Below are positions 18,433 to 28,282 of a stretch of 53,590 nt of DNA, in pieces. The DNA is from a virus. Its lineage: Duplodnaviria > Caudoviricetes. Position 1 is the stretch's first letter. Every line of letters begins with the position of its first letter. Location of the stretch: positions 1-53,590 of the IMG/VR virus record IMGVR_UViG_3300046804_003838; one strand, written 5' to 3'. Both the position numbers and the translations under genes were made by a program. The notes under the pieces were generated by a model, which made no database searches, was not told where the DNA came from, and saw only the letters and a program-made list of their open reading frames with translations.

Positions 18433-19552
18433 ATAATTTATTATGTGTGTTATTAACTTGTATAAATGTTGTTTTTTTACCGAAATCTTTAATTTTATTT
18501 GCTCCAATATAAGTACATGCGCTTCTTATTCCACCATAAATATCTTGCAGTATTTCTTCTGCTGTGCCTTTATATGGAACAGTAACGCATTTACCTTCTG
18601 CTGTTCTGTATTTTGCGACTCCATTATGGTGTTTATTCATAGCGTTTGTGCTACTCATTCCATAATATTTAAGAGATATTTTACGCTTTATATTATTATT
18701 ATCAGGATTTAAAGGTTGCCAAAATCCAGGAGCTGATGATCCAGCCTCTACATAGTATTCATATTCCCATTCTCCTTCACATTCATCAGCACCGGCGAAC
18801 ATACTTCCTAGCATAACAAAATCAGTATTACCACCAAAAGCCTTGCAAATATCTCCGACTACTTTACATCCGCCGTCAGAACAGATGTGTCCACCAAGAC
18901 CATGAGCAGCATCAGCACATTCCATCACAGCACTTAGTTGAGGGTATCCGACGCCAGTTTTTAAACGAGTGGTACATACGCTGCCCGAACCTATACCCAC
19001 CTTGACTATATCAACCTGACCGTGCATAATAAGTTCTTCTGTCATTTCTGGAGTCACAACATTTCCAGCCATAATAATAGATTCTGGAAATAATTTTCTT
19101 ATATGAGCCGATGTTTTTACAAATTGTTCGGTATATCCATTTGCAATATCTAAACATATATTTGGGCCTGGACGATGCTTACCTTCTGTCAGATGGTTGT
19201 GTACATAAGACAATTTTTCTAGATCTTTTTGTCCAGTTCCAATGGAATAGAAAACTAGATCTTTATTGGGAATATTAGGATCACTATAAAAATCAATATA
19301 TTTATCTGGTGAATAATGCTTATGTAAACAGGTTATGGCGCTATGCTTGACTAGTGATTTAGCCATAGCAAAAGTTCCAACAGTATCCATATTAGCAACC
19401 ATTATCGGTGCGGCTAATAGTTTTCTGGGAGAATATTTGAACTTAAATTCTCGCTGAATACATACATCAGATCGACTATTTAGGGTTGATCTTTTTGGGC
19501 GAATCAACACATCATCGAAATCTAATTTAGTTTCATTAATTATTTTTTGCAT
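18425..19552 (-). CDS. guaC: GMP reductase
   Basis: LDFDDVLIRPKRS, ANMDTVGT, DIANGY, KVGIGSGSVCTTR, YGMSS, YRTAEGK; no CBS domains. Confidence 0.92.
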   Translation of the reverse strand: MQKIINETKLDFDDVLIRPKRSTLNSRSDVCIQREFKFKYSPRKLLAAPIMVANMDTVGTFAMAKSLVKHSAITCLHKHYSPDKYIDFYSDPNIPNKDLVFYSIGTGQKDLEKLSYVHNHLTEGKHRPGPNICLDIANGYTEQFVKTSAHIRKLFPESIIMAGNVVTPEMTEELIMHGQVDIVKVGIGSGSVCTTRLKTGVGYPQLSAVMECADAAHGLGGHICSDGGCKVVGDICKAFGGNTDFVMLGSMFAGADECEGEWEYEYYVEAGSSAPGFWQPLNPDNNNIKRKISLKYYGMSSTNAMNKHHNGVAKYRTAEGKCVTVPYKGTAEEILQDIYGGIRSACTYIGANKIKDFGKKTTFIQVNNTHNKLYE

Positions 19553-20202
19553 TAATAGTACCTATTTTTCCATTCCATACTTGACGGATGCCACTGATGT
19601 ATTAAATTTTTGCATTGTTCTCTAACTTTAGAACATTGTAGACTATCGTGAAAATCTGAATCTTCTTTGCCCCACTGAGTATATTCTGGTATCTTATTGG
19701 ACTGTAACCAACATTCTTTTGTTATTGAAAAGTTTCCGTATCCAGGCTCAAGCCAGAATCCTTTTTGTTCTGTTGGGTCATTTTCGAAAGAATAACAGAT
19801 TGGAAAATAAGCGGATTTATTTAATATCGTGTGCTCTATTACATTTTCTATTAAAATAGAATCAAATGTCATATCTACATCTAAAAGTAAAATATTATCA
19901 AACGACGCATTAGATATGGCTAAATTAGCTCCTTTTCCTCTATTAAATTTTTCTTGCAAAGAAATATAATTCAATTGAAAAGATTCCCCTAACACATCAT
20001 AAATATACTGTTGCATATCCTGGATATCTGTTGAATCAAAATCACAGACAACTAATTCTAGACGGCAAATTTCTTTTTGATTAACTTCTGCTATTGATTG
20101 TAAAAATTTTTTAAATAAATATCTTGTTCCATGATCAGTTTCAACAACTGTCCTATTTTTGATAGTTGTACAAATTGATATTTGCTTATCTGTAGTTGTC
20201 AT
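19552..20202 (-). CDS. GT-A glycosyltransferase (GT2/GT7-like)
   Basis: DFDSTD, FNRGKG, DVD motif, WGKED. Confidence 0.75.
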   Translation of the reverse strand: MTTTDKQISICTTIKNRTVVETDHGTRYLFKKFLQSIAEVNQKEICRLELVVCDFDSTDIQDMQQYIYDVLGESFQLNYISLQEKFNRGKGANLAISNASFDNILLLDVDMTFDSILIENVIEHTILNKSAYFPICYSFENDPTEQKGFWLEPGYGNFSITKECWLQSNKIPEYTQWGKEDSDFHDSLQCSKVREQCKNLIHQWHPSSMEWKNRYY

Positions 20203-20909
20203 ATAAAGTTATTTGATGTATACGGAGTATGATGATGTTGTTTATGAAAATCAGGATCTTGTAACCATGTTCCGTCATTTGATCCTATGTTCTGAATTCT
20301 TGATATTACTGGTCTAATTTGATATAAATTATTAGGAATAAATACATTCTGATTAAGATGACTATCCCAAGACATAGAATTATTTTCCCGATTCATATAA
20401 GGTATCCAATTTTCTAATAATATTTGACTTTTATATCTCCAGAATCCACATCCCCAACAAGTAAATCCTATAGTTTTTATAGTCTCATTAATCATATCCG
20501 GCATTGGCTCTGTTGTCCTGTTGTAGCCGCCAATACAAATAATGTCTGAATGATTATAATATTTATTTATATTTTCTACAAAAAATTTAATGCAATCTTT
20601 TGCAGGAACTGTGTCATCCTCTAAGTGAATTATCGCATCATTATCATTCAAGCCCATAGTTATTGCTAATTTAGTATTTTTATTACATCCAACGCTTGGA
20701 TTATTGATGGATATAGTTGTGTCTGTCCAATCTATTTTTTGTATATAATTTTTTATAGAATCATCATAATAATCTACTGAAAATAATATTGGAAGATATA
20801 TATTAGAATATTTAAAACTTTCATGTAAAGCATCTAATGTTTGCTTTAAATAATCTAATCTTTTGAAAGCAGTGAAAGTGACGCATATTTTCAAATTATT
20901 CATTGACAA
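20199..20909 (-). CDS. GT-A glycosyltransferase
   Basis: FKRLDYL, HLEDD, CWG, SWD, SRIQNIG. Confidence 0.75.
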   Translation of the reverse strand: MSMNNLKICVTFTAFKRLDYLKQTLDALHESFKYSNIYLPILFSVDYYDDSIKNYIQKIDWTDTTISINNPSVGCNKNTKLAITMGLNDNDAIIHLEDDTVPAKDCIKFFVENINKYYNHSDIICIGGYNRTTEPMPDMINETIKTIGFTCWGCGFWRYKSQILLENWIPYMNRENNSMSWDSHLNQNVFIPNNLYQIRPVISRIQNIGSNDGTWLQDPDFHKQHHHTPYTSNNFI

Positions 20910-21378
20910 TATTTTCTTTCTCTACTACAACTTTTTCTCTGTTTTTAAAGTATTTATTACCGTATGTAACAAATATCTCCTGACCATCATTGATAGGTCT
21001 ATTCGCTATTATATCGACATATAAATCTTTGTGATGAAACTTCATATCTGCATTGTTATCATCTTGATGATTGTATATCATACCATGACCAAGCACCATG
21101 TAAAAAATAAAACCATGATTTTTACATTCAGAACAATCACATACTGGCTTAGTATAGCAATATCTCCAAATTGAAGAATCTGATTGATATTTAGACCTAT
21201 GATCTAAAGGAACCAGAGGACATCTTTCTATTAGTTCTCCTTCTTCTATGTTGGATGTTGCAAAAACTCCTCGTCCTCCTACAGAAGAATGACCAAATTT
21301 GATTTTATAATTATGAACGAAATCATAATCTTTGATCACGCTAGTATCACCGTATAATGTTATTATTTTTTCTGTCAT
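20896..21378 (-). CDS. SET-domain lysine methyltransferase
   Basis: GRGVFAT, YNH...NA, GQEIFVTYG. Confidence 0.85.
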   Translation of the reverse strand: MTEKIITLYGDTSVIKDYDFVHNYKIKFGHSSVGGRGVFATSNIEEGELIERCPLVPLDHRSKYQSDSSIWRYCYTKPVCDCSECKNHGFIFYMVLGHGMIYNHQDDNNADMKFHHKDLYVDIIANRPINDGQEIFVTYGNKYFKNREKVVVEKENIVNE

Positions 21379-21381
21379 GAT

Positions 21382-21921
21382 TTAAAAAAAATACCATCTA
21401 TTAAAAGTTTGAATTTGTTCTGAATTATTAACAGTAACTAAATAGTTTTTAACCTCTTCCCACGAAGAAAAAATCATTTGATGAGGTATTGTTCCAAAAA
21501 GCCAGTCTGGAGCATGATTCTTTCCTTGAACCATATGTATTATAATAGGTTTTTTCTGTCGATTTGCCCAGAAGATTTCTTCATAAGTTCCGCACGGATG
21601 AATATCTAAATCAAGATTTACTATTAAAAAATCACTGATATCAACTAATCTTAAATCTACAGCCCTTATGACTTTCATTAAAGATGATAATTCATCATAC
21701 TGTTGTGATAGTTTATATTGTTTTTTTAGTTGATGTGCTAACTCATCTTCTTGTCCTATAGAAGTTGGTTTTTTGATTGGGTTGAAAACAACAATCTGTA
21801 ACGATTCTAAAAAAGGAGTAATACTATCTCTCCATCCGTTACCTCTATCAGCAACACGATCCATCGCTCCTGCCAAATAAACACGCTGGCTTGAAAGTCT
21901 ACCGTTTAGAAAACAATCCAT
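21382..21921 (-). CDS. nucleoside 2-deoxyribosyltransferase-like protein
   Basis: VYLAGAM, FNP, DL..VD.SD, GTYEE. Confidence 0.75.
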   Translation of the reverse strand: MDCFLNGRLSSQRVYLAGAMDRVADRGNGWRDSITPFLESLQIVVFNPIKKPTSIGQEDELAHQLKKQYKLSQQYDELSSLMKVIRAVDLRLVDISDFLIVNLDLDIHPCGTYEEIFWANRQKKPIIIHMVQGKNHAPDWLFGTIPHQMIFSSWEEVKNYLVTVNNSEQIQTFNRWYFF

Positions 21922-21984
21922 TTAAAATTCCTATAATAATCATTCCCATCAAGATATAATAAAATTTAATGTCTATATTCATGA

Positions 21985-22260
21985 TTACTCAAAATAAAAA
22001 ATAAATCCATTTTTGTTATTTGGATTAGTAATTTCAACACTTTTTAAGGATTCAATAGATGACAAATCATTTAGAATAGCGTCTATATTAGCAATCGTTG
22101 CCGACATATATTTTTTAAATACCGCAGACATTGTGTTAAAATCAGACATATGCTGTTTCACACTTTCTTCTTGACTTAAAGAAGATTGTGTTATAATCTT
22201 AACATTCATCGTAGATAGCGAAAAATTAGTAATAATTTCTTTTTTGTTTAAAGTTAACAT
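21985..22260 (-). CDS. hypothetical protein
   Basis: 91-aa ORF in operon. Confidence 0.55.
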   Translation of the reverse strand: MLTLNKKEIITNFSLSTMNVKIITQSSLSQEESVKQHMSDFNTMSAVFKKYMSATIANIDAILNDLSSIESLKSVEITNPNNKNGFIFYFE

Positions 22261-22262
22261 AA

Positions 22263-22799
22263 TTATTTTATATATATAAAGGTGTCAAAATTTTTCCATG
22301 TATCAATAATTAATTCTTGTATAAAGTTCCAATCTCCTCCTGCTAATCCGGATCCAAATTTTGGAGCATGAATCTCTACCTTTGTAGAGTCCAATAAATT
22401 TTTAAGATCAAGACAATAATTCTTAACATCTGTCATGCAGAATGATAGGGCCGCATAATTTAATGGTCTTGGATTTTTTGGTCCAATAGTACCATTTTGG
22501 GCTATCATATTTGCTATAACAAGTTTGTATCCATAATGACTATTTTTAGCCACTTCTACATATTGTACTTTTCCTAACTTTGGATTAGATAAAAGATGAA
22601 AATTTTCTTTTACAATAGGATAGTTAAAGGCAAGGTCTTTGGTAAATCCTCCACCAAAAACATTGACATTATTACAAACATGAGGTATTACAACGCTCGA
22701 CCCATTACGGTCAGCATTAATCCTATCAAGTGCTGCTCTAAAGATATCTGTTCTTAAAATAGGAAATCTTGTATCAAAACTTTTTTGTTTAATTTTCAC
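22263..22799 (-). CDS. macro-domain (ADP-ribose processing) protein
   Basis: HVCNN..FGGG, NMIAQ, PKFGSGLAGGDW. Confidence 0.75.
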   Translation of the reverse strand: MKIKQKSFDTRFPILRTDIFRAALDRINADRNGSSVVIPHVCNNVNVFGGGFTKDLAFNYPIVKENFHLLSNPKLGKVQYVEVAKNSHYGYKLVIANMIAQNGTIGPKNPRPLNYAALSFCMTDVKNYCLDLKNLLDSTKVEIHAPKFGSGLAGGDWNFIQELIIDTWKNFDTFIYIK

Positions 22800-23047
22800 G
22801 ATATCTTACTCCATTTTCCTTTTGGACACTCTTGATCTGCCCAGGCCAATTTGTTCATAAATATTTTCTTTGTTGAAAGGTTACATCCACATACCAAACA
22901 TTGACTATTCTTAGCATCAAATAGTTCACAATTCTTACAAATATTGAATCTATATTCTATTTGTTCTTTGGTGGATTTTGGAAATCCTGCCCAAATATGC
23001 CAGAATAAAGATTTAAAAAATGTTTTGATTTTGAGTATTAATTTCAT
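22796..23047 (-). CDS. Cys-rich small protein (DUF6171-like)
   Basis: R..ICKNC...CLVCGC...CPKGKW. Confidence 0.7.
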   Translation of the reverse strand: MKLILKIKTFFKSLFWHIWAGFPKSTKEQIEYRFNICKNCELFDAKNSQCLVCGCNLSTKKIFMNKLAWADQECPKGKWSKIS

Positions 23048-23261
23048 TGCTAATTTTTACTTTGATGAGATTATTATTTTTATCTAAAATGAATAAATCA
23101 GTAACCTCACACATAGTATCTCCATCAAACCATCTTGATAATCCATTTGATAAATCAATTGCTTTCCGTTGTCCATTTTGCTTAAAATCAGAAGTTAGAA
23201 CAAAAATACTATTTTGATATGCAAAAGAACTGCCCGTATCAATTTCTTCTATGTATTTCAT
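23013..23261 (-). CDS. hypothetical protein
   Basis: 82-aa coupled ORF. Confidence 0.6.
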   Translation of the reverse strand: MKYIEEIDTGSSFAYQNSIFVLTSDFKQNGQRKAIDLSNGLSRWFDGDTMCEVTDLFILDKNNNLIKVKISNEINTQNQNIF

Positions 23262-23436
23262 TCTCCCACTCTTCCCATAATTCCTCTTGTTCCATTTCTT
23301 CGATTTTTGATCTATATTCTTTTTTGATTTTTTTAATATCTTTATAAGATTGATCTAAATCTTTAGAAGTTTTTTTCTTATTAGACAATTTTTCTCGACG
23401 GTAATTTTTTCTATCTTCAAAATCGTTGTTGTACAT
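23239..23436 (-). CDS. hypothetical charged protein
   Basis: 65-aa ORF behind sigma70-like promoter. Confidence 0.6.
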   Translation of the reverse strand: MYNNDFEDRKNYRREKLSNKKKTSKDLDQSYKDIKKIKKEYRSKIEEMEQEELWEEWENEIHRRN

Positions 23437-23440
23437 ATAT

Positions 23441-24262
23441 CTATTTACTTGGTAGAGTATTCAACACTATTGTAGCAGAAGGGAGTTCGTTGTCAAGCCC
23501 CGACGTTTCAATTGAAATAATTTTTTCTATCCATTCGGCATGATCGCTAACTCTTGTGTGTCCAGATTCATCGGTATAAGAAGAGTTTGTTTTTTTATCA
23601 GACGCCATAACACATGAATTAATACCAGCTAATTTTTGAGATATAAATAATCCACCACCACTATCTCCGCTGGCAATTAAAAATTCTAAAGATGTTCTAT
23701 TTGCATCGTCTGGCTTGCATATCAATAATCCTTTATCTATATAATCTACAATATTTGATCCGGCTCTTCTTTGAGTATCCATATGAATAGCACCACTATC
23801 AAATGTTCCATATATACCAAAACCAGATATTGAAACTGTTTTACCTATTTCATCTTTTTCTTTATATAAATCTGGATAAAAATCTTGTTTCATATCTTCT
23901 GACGTAAACCCTACTGCTATGTCATTTAATCCAAAAATTTTTTCATCAAAATCTTTAGGAATAATAACTTTTGTAAGATGTATCTTATTATTGTCTAGGA
24001 CCACATAACATTCTTGACTATTAGATATAACATGTGCTGCTGTCAATATAACTTTTGGTTTAATTATTACAGAAGATGCTTCATAATATTGATTATCTTT
24101 ATATTTTCCAGCTAATTTAGCAACACATCTAAATTTTCTTCCATACTCAATATGTTTTGAGTCTGAAGTATTAGGATGTCGTGTTCCTCCAAGGACTATA
24201 CTATTTAAGACAAAAAATATACATAAAAATATTATTGATTGTCTCATTGTATGATCCTTCAC
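23441..24262 (-). CDS. exported trypsin-like serine protease
   Basis: Signal peptide; LTAAH, DIAV, GDSGG catalytic triad. Confidence 0.9.
   Translation of the reverse strand: MKDHTMRQSIIFLCIFFVLNSIVLGGTRHPNTSDSKHIEYGRKFRCVAKLAGKYKDNQYYEASSVIIKPKVILTAAHVISNSQECYVVLDNNKIHLTKVIIPKDFDEKIFGLNDIAVGFTSEDMKQDFYPDLYKEKDEIGKTVSISGFGIYGTFDSGAIHMDTQRRAGSNIVDYIDKGLLICKPDDANRTSLEFLIASGDSGGGLFISQKLAGINSCVMASDKKTNSSYTDESGHTRVSDHAEWIEKIISIETSGLDNELPSATIVLNTLPSK
23469..23496 (-). promoter_or_regulatory. sigma70-like promoter
   Basis: TTGACA-N16-TACAAT with TG extended -10, inside 3' end of trypsin gene. Confidence 0.6.
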
Positions 24263-24272
24263 ATAGAAAGAC

Positions 24273-25274
24273 TTATAACACTTTTGACGCTATTAAGCAC
24301 CCCTTTGATACTGCATGAAGAGGATCTGCTGCGTGTTTTATCTCTTTGACAGATAATGGGAAATCATTTCCTTTTAGTTTTTCTTCAAATTTTTCTATAT
24401 AACCATTAGCCTGTGATGTTCCGCCAGCAACCACAATTTTTAATGGGTCTTTAAATTTTGGAAGTAATTTATGTCCTGTTAAAGCTGCACTTAATTGTTT
24501 TGTAGTATAATCTATTAATCTATCATAATAGGCTGAAACAGCCGCCAATACCGGATTTTCGTTGGGTTCGCCTATTTTAAAGTTGCCTCCCTCTTTCTCT
24601 GCCTGAACTACACTGTCTGGTTCTCCGGTGGCTACAGCACTCATACGATCAATCCAATCCCCAGACTTTGTTGTGCTAAAGACAACTGTGGGTTCTCCGT
24701 TTAACATAACGCATACGTTAGTCATACCAGCACCACAACTAATACCAATACCTGTATAATCTGTATCTTCTAATTCAGCATAGCATAGTGCTTCAGCCTC
24801 ATTAATTGCTTTGGCATCATAACCACATTCGGCTAAAATGGTTTTGACTACATCTTCGTGATATCCTACATCAAAATCTTCATCTTCTTGATCTACTGGT
24901 TGTGCAGGAACGCAAAATACTAATTTTTCATTTGGCTCAGATGCTTGACCGGCTACTTCTTTGAGGATAAATGCTAATATTCTTTTTGCGTCTTTTTCTT
25001 TTGCCGATACAACGCCCTTAAACATTGGTCTTTTTGCTGTATCATTTCTTTCTATGGCTTTTTCTATAGCGTCTTTACCCAAGAGAATGAATGAGCCGTC
25101 AGCGTCTTTAATAAAAACTTTGCCCGACAATCCTTTCTCTATCATTTTTGTAGCAACTGGGGTCGTTGGTTTGATGATATAAAAAGCATCTCTAAAATCT
25201 TTATAGACTATACCATCTTTAGCGTCTGAAGATAGAACTATAAAACTAGTGCCTACGTCTAAACCTTTTGCCAT
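24273..25274 (-). CDS. actin-like ATPase (MreB/FtsA/ParM superfamily)
   Basis: Phosphate-1 GLDVGT, connect INEAEA, phosphate-2 ISCGAGMTN, SGDWID, EKE, adenosine VAGGTS, DP..AVSKG. Confidence 0.85.
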   Translation of the reverse strand: MAKGLDVGTSFIVLSSDAKDGIVYKDFRDAFYIIKPTTPVATKMIEKGLSGKVFIKDADGSFILLGKDAIEKAIERNDTAKRPMFKGVVSAKEKDAKRILAFILKEVAGQASEPNEKLVFCVPAQPVDQEDEDFDVGYHEDVVKTILAECGYDAKAINEAEALCYAELEDTDYTGIGISCGAGMTNVCVMLNGEPTVVFSTTKSGDWIDRMSAVATGEPDSVVQAEKEGGNFKIGEPNENPVLAAVSAYYDRLIDYTTKQLSAALTGHKLLPKFKDPLKIVVAGGTSQANGYIEKFEEKLKGNDFPLSVKEIKHAADPLHAVSKGCLIASKVL

Positions 25275-25275
25275 A

Positions 25276-25596
25276 TTATCCTCTCATATTTTTTAATTTA
25301 TTAATTGCTGAAGATATTTGTTCAGAACTTTGTTTTGTTTCTCCAAGATTATCATATCTTTTTTGAAGATTATCCGTTTTTATATCTATAACAACTTTAG
25401 TAGAATCTATATCAATTTTTTTTGAGTTCTTATCCTGTTCTTGTGATTTATTCTTTGCAAAAAATGATTGGGACTGATTTTGACTATTATCATATACACC
25501 ATTGGTATTATTTAATCGACCTAAAATATAGCCAAAAACAAAAAACAGAATATTAAATAGTATTAATATTATATGAATTATATCTATAGTTATCAT
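25276..25596 (-). CDS. membrane-anchored hypothetical protein
   Basis: N-terminal TM, polar C-terminus; between ruvB and actin gene. Confidence 0.65.
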   Translation of the reverse strand: MITIDIIHIILILFNILFFVFGYILGRLNNTNGVYDNSQNQSQSFFAKNKSQEQDKNSKKIDIDSTKVVIDIKTDNLQKRYDNLGETKQSSEQISSAINKLKNMRG

Positions 25597-26483
25597 ATCT
25601 TACCCAATACTCTGCCTTTACTAGTTTTTTGAATAAAACCCTTTCTAAGAAGAAATGGCTCTATGCTATTTTCTATAGTATCAATTGCGATTCCTGTCAT
25701 TGATGAAATACTTTTTAGACCCAATGGATTACCAATATTCTTCTTCAGAATATTAATATATGCACGATCATAAATATCAAAACCATTTGAATCAATACCT
25801 TGAATATCAAATATCTCATCAATAGACATTGGATTCTTTTGAGTAAGTACACAATTTCTATACCATTGCAGTCTAGAATTTAAAATCCTGGGAGTACCCT
25901 TGCTTCTTTTAGCAATTTCTAATAGGTCATCTTCTGAAACATTTAGTCCGAACTTTTCGGCGTTCAATCCTGCTAGTTTTGCTAACTCACTGTCATTATA
26001 GAATGACAAATGTTCTTTAATAGAAAACCTGTCATAAAAAGGTTGACTCAAACTTCCTCCGCTTGTTGTCGCACCAACAAATGTAAACATTGGAAGTTCC
26101 ACGGTTTCCGGCTCTTCTTTACCAGATAGAGTTAAAACAAAATCCTCCATTACAGGATACAAAAATTCTTCTACAAGTTTTGGAAGTCTATGAATTTCAT
26201 CTATAAATAGAATAGACCTGGGAGCAATACCCATAAGATATGGAATAATATTTTTAGCACTTCTAATACTAGCAGCATTGAGTGTATATAGATTAACATT
26301 TAGTTCATTGGCAATAGCACTAGCAATAGTTGTCTTTCCAAGTCCAGGCGGTCCATCAATTAGAATGTGCGGAACAACACTGTTACTAATTTTACAACCA
26401 GAGATAATAATATTTAGTCTGTTGATGACATCTGATTGCCCAATAATATCCGAAAACTGTGTTGGCCTGATAGAATTTGTCAT
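25593..26483 (-). CDS. ruvB: Holliday junction branch-migration helicase RuvB
   Basis: RP..F..IIGQ, GPPGLGKTT, FIDEIHRL, GATT, DRF, GTPR, IEPFL..G.I.KT.KGR. Confidence 0.92.
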   Translation of the reverse strand: MTNSIRPTQFSDIIGQSDVINRLNIIISGCKISNSVVPHILIDGPPGLGKTTIASAIANELNVNLYTLNAASIRSAKNIIPYLMGIAPRSILFIDEIHRLPKLVEEFLYPVMEDFVLTLSGKEEPETVELPMFTFVGATTSGGSLSQPFYDRFSIKEHLSFYNDSELAKLAGLNAEKFGLNVSEDDLLEIAKRSKGTPRILNSRLQWYRNCVLTQKNPMSIDEIFDIQGIDSNGFDIYDRAYINILKKNIGNPLGLKSISSMTGIAIDTIENSIEPFLLRKGFIQKTSKGRVLGKI

Positions 26484-26494
26484 TTTTTCTCCAA

Positions 26495-26908
26495 TTATTT
26501 AATGTCTTTAATATCTTTAATCCAAAAAACAAAATCATTCTGATCTTCGTCGTATGCTGTCTCTACCAATCCTTTGTTTACCAAACCATGAAGTATATTG
26601 CTTACCATTCGGTCATTTAAAGAAGTAAGCATTTCCAAATATAAATTATCATTTATTAAAAAACGAATAGAGTTATTGTTTTTATGTTTTTGTTTTTTAA
26701 TGAAATCATCTATAATAGTTTTTGATTCATCAAATGATAATATTTTATCTATTTCTTCTATATCGTCTGGGTGAATACTAAAAGCCAATGAGTCAAAATC
26801 TTCTTCATCTTTATTTCTACCAAAATTATTAAATACTAATGCTCTGGTAGCGTTTATAAAATTATCTAAATCCTTGATTACAAACCAATCTTCATTTGTA
26901 GAACTCAT
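26495..26908 (-). CDS. hypothetical protein (paralog of 39366..39776)
   Basis: C-terminal L..LV.KGLVETAYDEDQNDFVFW. Confidence 0.65.
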   Translation of the reverse strand: MSSTNEDWFVIKDLDNFINATRALVFNNFGRNKDEEDFDSLAFSIHPDDIEEIDKILSFDESKTIIDDFIKKQKHKNNNSIRFLINDNLYLEMLTSLNDRMVSNILHGLVNKGLVETAYDEDQNDFVFWIKDIKDIK

Positions 26909-26916
26909 AATGTTTC

Positions 26917-27294
26917 CTAGTTAAGTATTTCGTACAATCCTTTGTAATATTTTGGCTGATATAAAAAATGGTTTGAATGAGATTGTAGATGTTTAATGTA
27001 TTCACTTTGTAATTTGTCGTGTACAAAGTGTTTCTTTTTCCACACTCCTTCGTTCCAATAGTTGTTCCCCAGATACAGGGAGGACGAATCCCCCGCTGTA
27101 TTGGAGAACCAACTATTCACAGGTAACGATTTGTATGGAAATCCTTCTACATTTTTTATTTCGTAATTGAACCCAGACTCTGATAATTTCTTGACTATTT
27201 GATCAATATACTTTCCTATCCATTCAGTATCAATTTGAAAAAAGAATTTATAAGGATCATCTGGAGCATCTTCATTATCATAAGGTTCGTGCAT
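26917..27294 (-). CDS. hypothetical protein
   Basis: Start moved to ATG 27294; the longer track ORF overlaps a structured RNA. Confidence 0.6.
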   Translation of the reverse strand: MHEPYDNEDAPDDPYKFFFQIDTEWIGKYIDQIVKKLSESGFNYEIKNVEGFPYKSLPVNSWFSNTAGDSSSLYLGNNYWNEGVWKKKHFVHDKLQSEYIKHLQSHSNHFLYQPKYYKGLYEILN

Positions 27295-27310
27295 ATAAAA
27301 CTTTCTAAAA

Positions 27311-27396
27311 TAGCGGGAGAGGAATCGAACCTCTCTCACATAGCGTTTGTCGAGTTTCCCAACCAGAGGCTATGATCTCAGTCACCAGACTCCACT
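27311..27396 (-). ncRNA. tRNA-like RNA of unknown function
   Basis: T-arm GAGAGG-TTCGATT-CCTCTC; closing stem AGTGG/CCGCT; D-like hairpin AGTC-TGGT-GACT; CATAGC/GCTATG helix capped by a GAAA hairpin instead of an anticodon loop. Confidence 0.6.
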
Positions 27397-27409
27397 TTCT
27401 TTTTAAGAC

Positions 27410-28282
27410 TCAGTTATAATCGTCGTAATCTTCTTCGTCATCATAATCTTCAGCATAAGCCTCATCATCTTCGTCATCGTTCCATCCCCAATCATAATCG
27501 TTGTTATACTCCTCTTCATCATCATCTTCATAATCCACACCGCCATCTAGACTAGCCGAATAAAGAGGCTTGAGAAGTTCGCCTTGATACTCTCCGACAA
27601 CTTCATATCGGCAAGTGCGAAGTTTCTCATAATTACAATCACTAGGAACACTAACAACATCACGAGGATTAATCTTAACAATAACAATCTTATCGCCAGC
27701 CTCAAGACTACCATAACCAGCAACATAGTTCAATGCACCAGCATGAAGTCCATTAGAACAACCTCTAGCACGATCATCGTCAACCTTTGATCGTGTCATT
27801 TCGCAAACATTTCCAACATGATTGTCGAAAACTCCACGATACTTATCCATATAATCATTCCTAACTGCCTTATAGGCAAGAAAATGACCATCCTCAGTAA
27901 TTGGCAGATGTTCATGCTCAAGGAAATCATAAAGTTCCTTCTGACTCTGCATACTAGGATTTTCCATAAGATTATTCAGGAATGTAACAAGGGGCTGGAA
28001 AGGTAGACCCTTGCTCATAAACTCCAGAATACGCTTACTGATACTACCATGAACAACTTCACCCTCATAAGTGACCTGTCCATTCTTAATCTCAACAAGA
28101 CCGTCACTAAATGCCGCGACTGCCTTTTCTACATCCACAATCTCCAGCAATTCATCAGATGTTGCAGTAGGCAGAGCCTCCAGAATCATCTTATAGTTAA
28201 TATGATCAGGCAGAACCTGATAACTCTTGTTGTTTAGAACAACCGTCAGATTACCATCAACAAACATAAACGGAACAGCCAT
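27410..28282 (-). CDS. rIIB: rIIB-like protein
   Basis: NLMENPS...ELYDFL..LPITEDGHFLAYKAV, VDDDR...CSNGLH, KINPRDVVSVP.D..KLRTCRYEV; follows rIIA. Confidence 0.88.
   Translation of the reverse strand: MAVPFMFVDGNLTVVLNNKSYQVLPDHINYKMILEALPTATSDELLEIVDVEKAVAAFSDGLVEIKNGQVTYEGEVVHGSISKRILEFMSKGLPFQPLVTFLNNLMENPSMQSQKELYDFLEHEHLPITEDGHFLAYKAVRNDYMDKYRGVFDNHVGNVCEMTRSKVDDDRARGCSNGLHAGALNYVAGYGSLEAGDKIVIVKINPRDVVSVPSDCNYEKLRTCRYEVVGEYQGELLKPLYSASLDGGVDYEDDDEEEYNNDYDWGWNDDEDDEAYAEDYDDEEDYDDYN

Noticed and set aside
18425-19552. IMP dehydrogenase (guaB) call
   Set aside because: Length, lack of CBS domains and the DIANGY and YRTAEGK motifs fit GMP reductase better
27295-27339. GTG-start N-terminal extension of ORF 26917
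   Set aside because: Overlaps the T-arm of the tRNA-like RNA; ATG 27294 is the more plausible start
27413-27535. TCA/TCG triplet repeats
   Set aside because: Encode the Asp/Glu/Tyr-rich tail of rIIB; low complexity, not a repeat array
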